36,828 nt of DNA from Candidatus Rokuibacteriota bacterium (GTDB taxonomy: Bacteria > Methylomirabilota > Methylomirabilia > Rokubacteriales > DASRDR01): assembly GCA_044866005.1 (NCBI GenBank), contig JBIOTN010000037.1:1-36828 (forward strand), read 5' to 3'. This document shows positions 34,782 through 36,828 of this stretch, piece by piece (position 1 is the stretch's first letter; each line of letters opens with the position of its first letter). The translations under genes and the position numbers were made by a program. The notes under the pieces are model-generated. The model worked only from the letters and a program-made list of their open reading frames with translations. It did not search any database and was not told the DNA's origin.

Positions 34782-36020
34782 TCAGACCGGCACGAGGATC
34801 AGGACGAGCCAGCCGATCAGGAGCGTGACGAGCGTCAGCGGGACGCCGACCCGGCAGTACTCGACGAAGCCGATCTCGATCCGGGCGCCCCGCGCGACCT
34901 CCGCGACGATCAGGTTCGCGACCGAGCCGAGCAGCGTGAGGTTCCCGGCGAGCGTCGAGGCCATCGCGAGGATGAGCCAGCCGCGCGCGGGCTCGCCGAA
35001 GGTCGGGACCAGCGACTTGAAGAGGAGCACCGCGGGGACGTTCGAGACGAGGTTCGAGAGCGCGGCCGCCACCGCGGTGAGGACGGCGGGGCGATGGAGG
35101 TTCACCCGGGCGGCCAGGCGGAAGAGCGGCTCGGTGAGCCCCGAGGCCTCGACGCTGGCGATCAGCACGAACAGGCCGACGAAGAGCACGAGCAGCGCCC
35201 AGTTGATTTCGCGGTAGACCTTCTCGGGCTTGACCCGCCTGGTCAGGAGCGTGCAGGCCGCCCCGCCCAGGGCGACCAGGGCGACGGGGACGCCCGCCAG
35301 GAACGCCGCCAGCATGACGCCCACCGCGACCAAGGTCTTGACCATCAGGGGATAGTGCACCGCGAAGTGCGCGTGCAGGGCGCCCCGGTCGAGCCGGCCG
35401 CCGAGCTGCCGCCGGTAGACCAGCCAGACGGCCAGGAACACGCAGACGAGTCCGAGCGCCGCCACCGGCGCTTCGCGTACCAGGAACGTCCGGTAGGCGA
35501 TCCCCGAGAAGCTCCCGACGAGCATGTTCTGCGGGTTCCCCGTGAGCGTGGCCACGCTCCCGACGTTCGCGGCGGTCGCGAGGGCGATGAGATACGGGAC
35601 CGGCGGGAGGCCGAGCTGCCGGGTGATCTGGACGACGAGCGGCGCCAGGACGAGGCAGACCACGTCGTTCACGAACAGGGCCGAGAGCACGCCCGAGGCC
35701 GCGACCACCGCCGCGACCAGCCCCGCCGGGGTGCGCGCGTGCCGCACCGTCCACGCCGTCACGAGGTGGAAGAAGCCGGAGAGCCGGAGATAGGCGGAGA
35801 CGATCATCATGCCGAAGAGGAGGGCGAGCGTGTGGGCGTCGACCGCGGCCACCGCGCGGTCCCAGGGCACCACCCCGGTGACCACGACCAGCGCCGCCCC
35901 GATGATCGCCACCCCGGTGCGGTCCACCCGGAAGCCCGGGAGGTGCCCGATCGCGAGCCCCAGGTAGGTGCCGGTGAGCGCGACGAGCGCGAGGACAGGC
36001 GACGCGGCGGCCTCGTGCAT
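34782..36020 (-). CDS. ArsB/NhaD (IT superfamily) anion transporter
   Basis: DRTGVAIIGA, LSALFVND, AANVGSVATLTGNPQN, LSNLVSNVPA and STLAGNLTLLGSVAN, with many TM helices. Confidence 0.9.
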   Translation of the reverse strand: MHEAAASPVLALVALTGTYLGLAIGHLPGFRVDRTGVAIIGAALVVVTGVVPWDRAVAAVDAHTLALLFGMMIVSAYLRLSGFFHLVTAWTVRHARTPAGLVAAVVAASGVLSALFVNDVVCLVLAPLVVQITRQLGLPPVPYLIALATAANVGSVATLTGNPQNMLVGSFSGIAYRTFLVREAPVAALGLVCVFLAVWLVYRRQLGGRLDRGALHAHFAVHYPLMVKTLVAVGVMLAAFLAGVPVALVALGGAACTLLTRRVKPEKVYREINWALLVLFVGLFVLIASVEASGLTEPLFRLAARVNLHRPAVLTAVAAALSNLVSNVPAVLLFKSLVPTFGEPARGWLILAMASTLAGNLTLLGSVANLIVAEVARGARIEIGFVEYCRVGVPLTLVTLLIGWLVLILVPV

Positions 36021-36027
36021 GACGGAG

Positions 36028-36033
36028 AGTATA
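36028..36033 (-). promoter_or_regulatory. -10 element implying a leaderless transcript
   Basis: TATACT exactly 7 nt before ATG 36020, with no SD. Confidence 0.55.
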
Positions 36034-36082
36034 CGGCGGCCGCGCGCGTCGGACGACGAAACAACGGCAGCCGAGGGTCAGG

Positions 36083-36098
36083 CGGCACGCGGCTTGCT
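36083..36098 (+). promoter_or_regulatory. Sigma54 -24/-12 promoter
   Basis: CGGCACGCGGCTTGCT, near consensus, 38 nt upstream of ATG 36137. Confidence 0.65.
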
Positions 36099-36136
36099 CC
36101 GAGCGCTCCCGAGATCCCCGCGGAGGAGGCCAGGCC

Positions 36137-36544
36137 ATGACGCGTGAACCGGTCGGGAAGCCCCTGGGAAGCCGGGTCCTGCGCGACGTACGGGAAGGCA
36201 TGGCGGTCTACGATCGGACGGACGTCCGCCTCGGAACGGTGGGGCGGGTCTACCTCGGGACGGCGAGCGAACAAGCGCTCGACCGGGGCGGGGGGCCCGC
36301 CACGGCACCCGACCCGCGCGCCGGCCAGTCCGCGTTCCCCGACGACGTCGTGGCCGGCATCTTCGGTCCGGAGGCGATGCCGGAGGAGGTGCGCGAGCGG
36401 CTGATCCGTCACGGGTTCATCAAGATCGACGGCGCGGGCCTGTTCGCCTCGGACCGCTACGCGATGCCCGAGCACGTCGAGGGCGTGGCGGGAGACCGGG
36501 TGCGTCTGCGGGTCGCGGCCAGCCAGCTGATCGACACCGCCTAG
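36137..36544 (+). CDS. Hypothetical protein (PRC-barrel-like N-terminus)
   Basis: GGAGGAGG RBS. VREGMAVYD.....LGTV..V and GFIKIDGAGLF..DRYA. Confidence 0.75.
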   Translation: MTREPVGKPLGSRVLRDVREGMAVYDRTDVRLGTVGRVYLGTASEQALDRGGGPATAPDPRAGQSAFPDDVVAGIFGPEAMPEEVRERLIRHGFIKIDGAGLFASDRYAMPEHVEGVAGDRVRLRVAASQLIDTA

Positions 36545-36559
36545 GATGTCAAAGGGGGG

Positions 36560-36817
36560 GGCAGGTTCGACCGGAGCGTGCTGGACGTCGGCGGCGCCGC
36601 CCTCGTCGTCAGCCAGTTCACGCTCATCGCCGACACGGCGAAAGGGAATCGACCGAGCTTCACCGAGGCCGCCCCGCCGGAGCAAGCCGAGCCGCTCTAC
36701 CGACAGTTCTGCGAGGAGATCGCCGCGCTCGGCGTCCCGGTCCAGACCGGCGTCTTCGGCGCCCGCATGGCCGTCGAGCTCGCCAACGACGGGCCCGTCA
36801 CGATTGTCCTCGGCTGA
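36560..36817 (+). pseudogene. dtd: 5'-truncated D-aminoacyl-tRNA deacylase
   Basis: [12 protein letters not shown]...VSQFTL, KGNRPSF, G.FGARM and NDGPVT. The N-terminal ~60 aa (including QRV and LRIF) are absent; homology begins at a G8 run. Confidence 0.8.
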
Positions 36818-36828
36818 CGTTTCGTCCT

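Noticed and set aside
36137..36817. TAG read-through (pyrrolysine-like) fusing the hypothetical protein to the in-frame dtd fragment
   Set aside because: Being in frame has a 1-in-3 chance. There are no pyl genes here, and the fusion would still lack the Dtd N-terminus.

Overview
A very GC-rich, gene-dense bacterial window of about 33 intact CDS and three to four degraded gene fragments. Gene content and the style of the intergenic palindromes are reminiscent of soil Ca. Rokubacteria (Methylomirabilota); this is inference only. Housekeeping and metabolic genes include uvrA, a stand-alone EF-G paralogue, a two-subunit Fe-S hydro-lyase, lemA-htpX, an mlaC-like gene, an IclR regulator and an LLM oxidoreductase. 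I found no rRNA, tRNA, CRISPR array, integrase or transposase. Five items deserve a second look. (1) A full-length eukaryote-type protein arginine methyltransferase (PRMT) homologue overlaps the start of lemA-htpX. (2) A Slam-like TPR/beta-barrel outer-membrane protein and a small exported Pro-rich protein lie convergent with a compositionally atypical 1163-aa mosaic lipoprotein (Cys-rich repeat, SH3-like, RTX-like repeats, HEXXH). (3) A tightly linked nucleotidyltransferase + metallophosphoesterase pair could be a writer/eraser module. (4) Repeated sigma54-like -24/-12 motifs precede genes across 27.8-36.5 kb. (5) A family of two-hairpin REP-like elements sits at convergent gene junctions. 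All protein calls come from motifs recognised by eye; no database searches were run.
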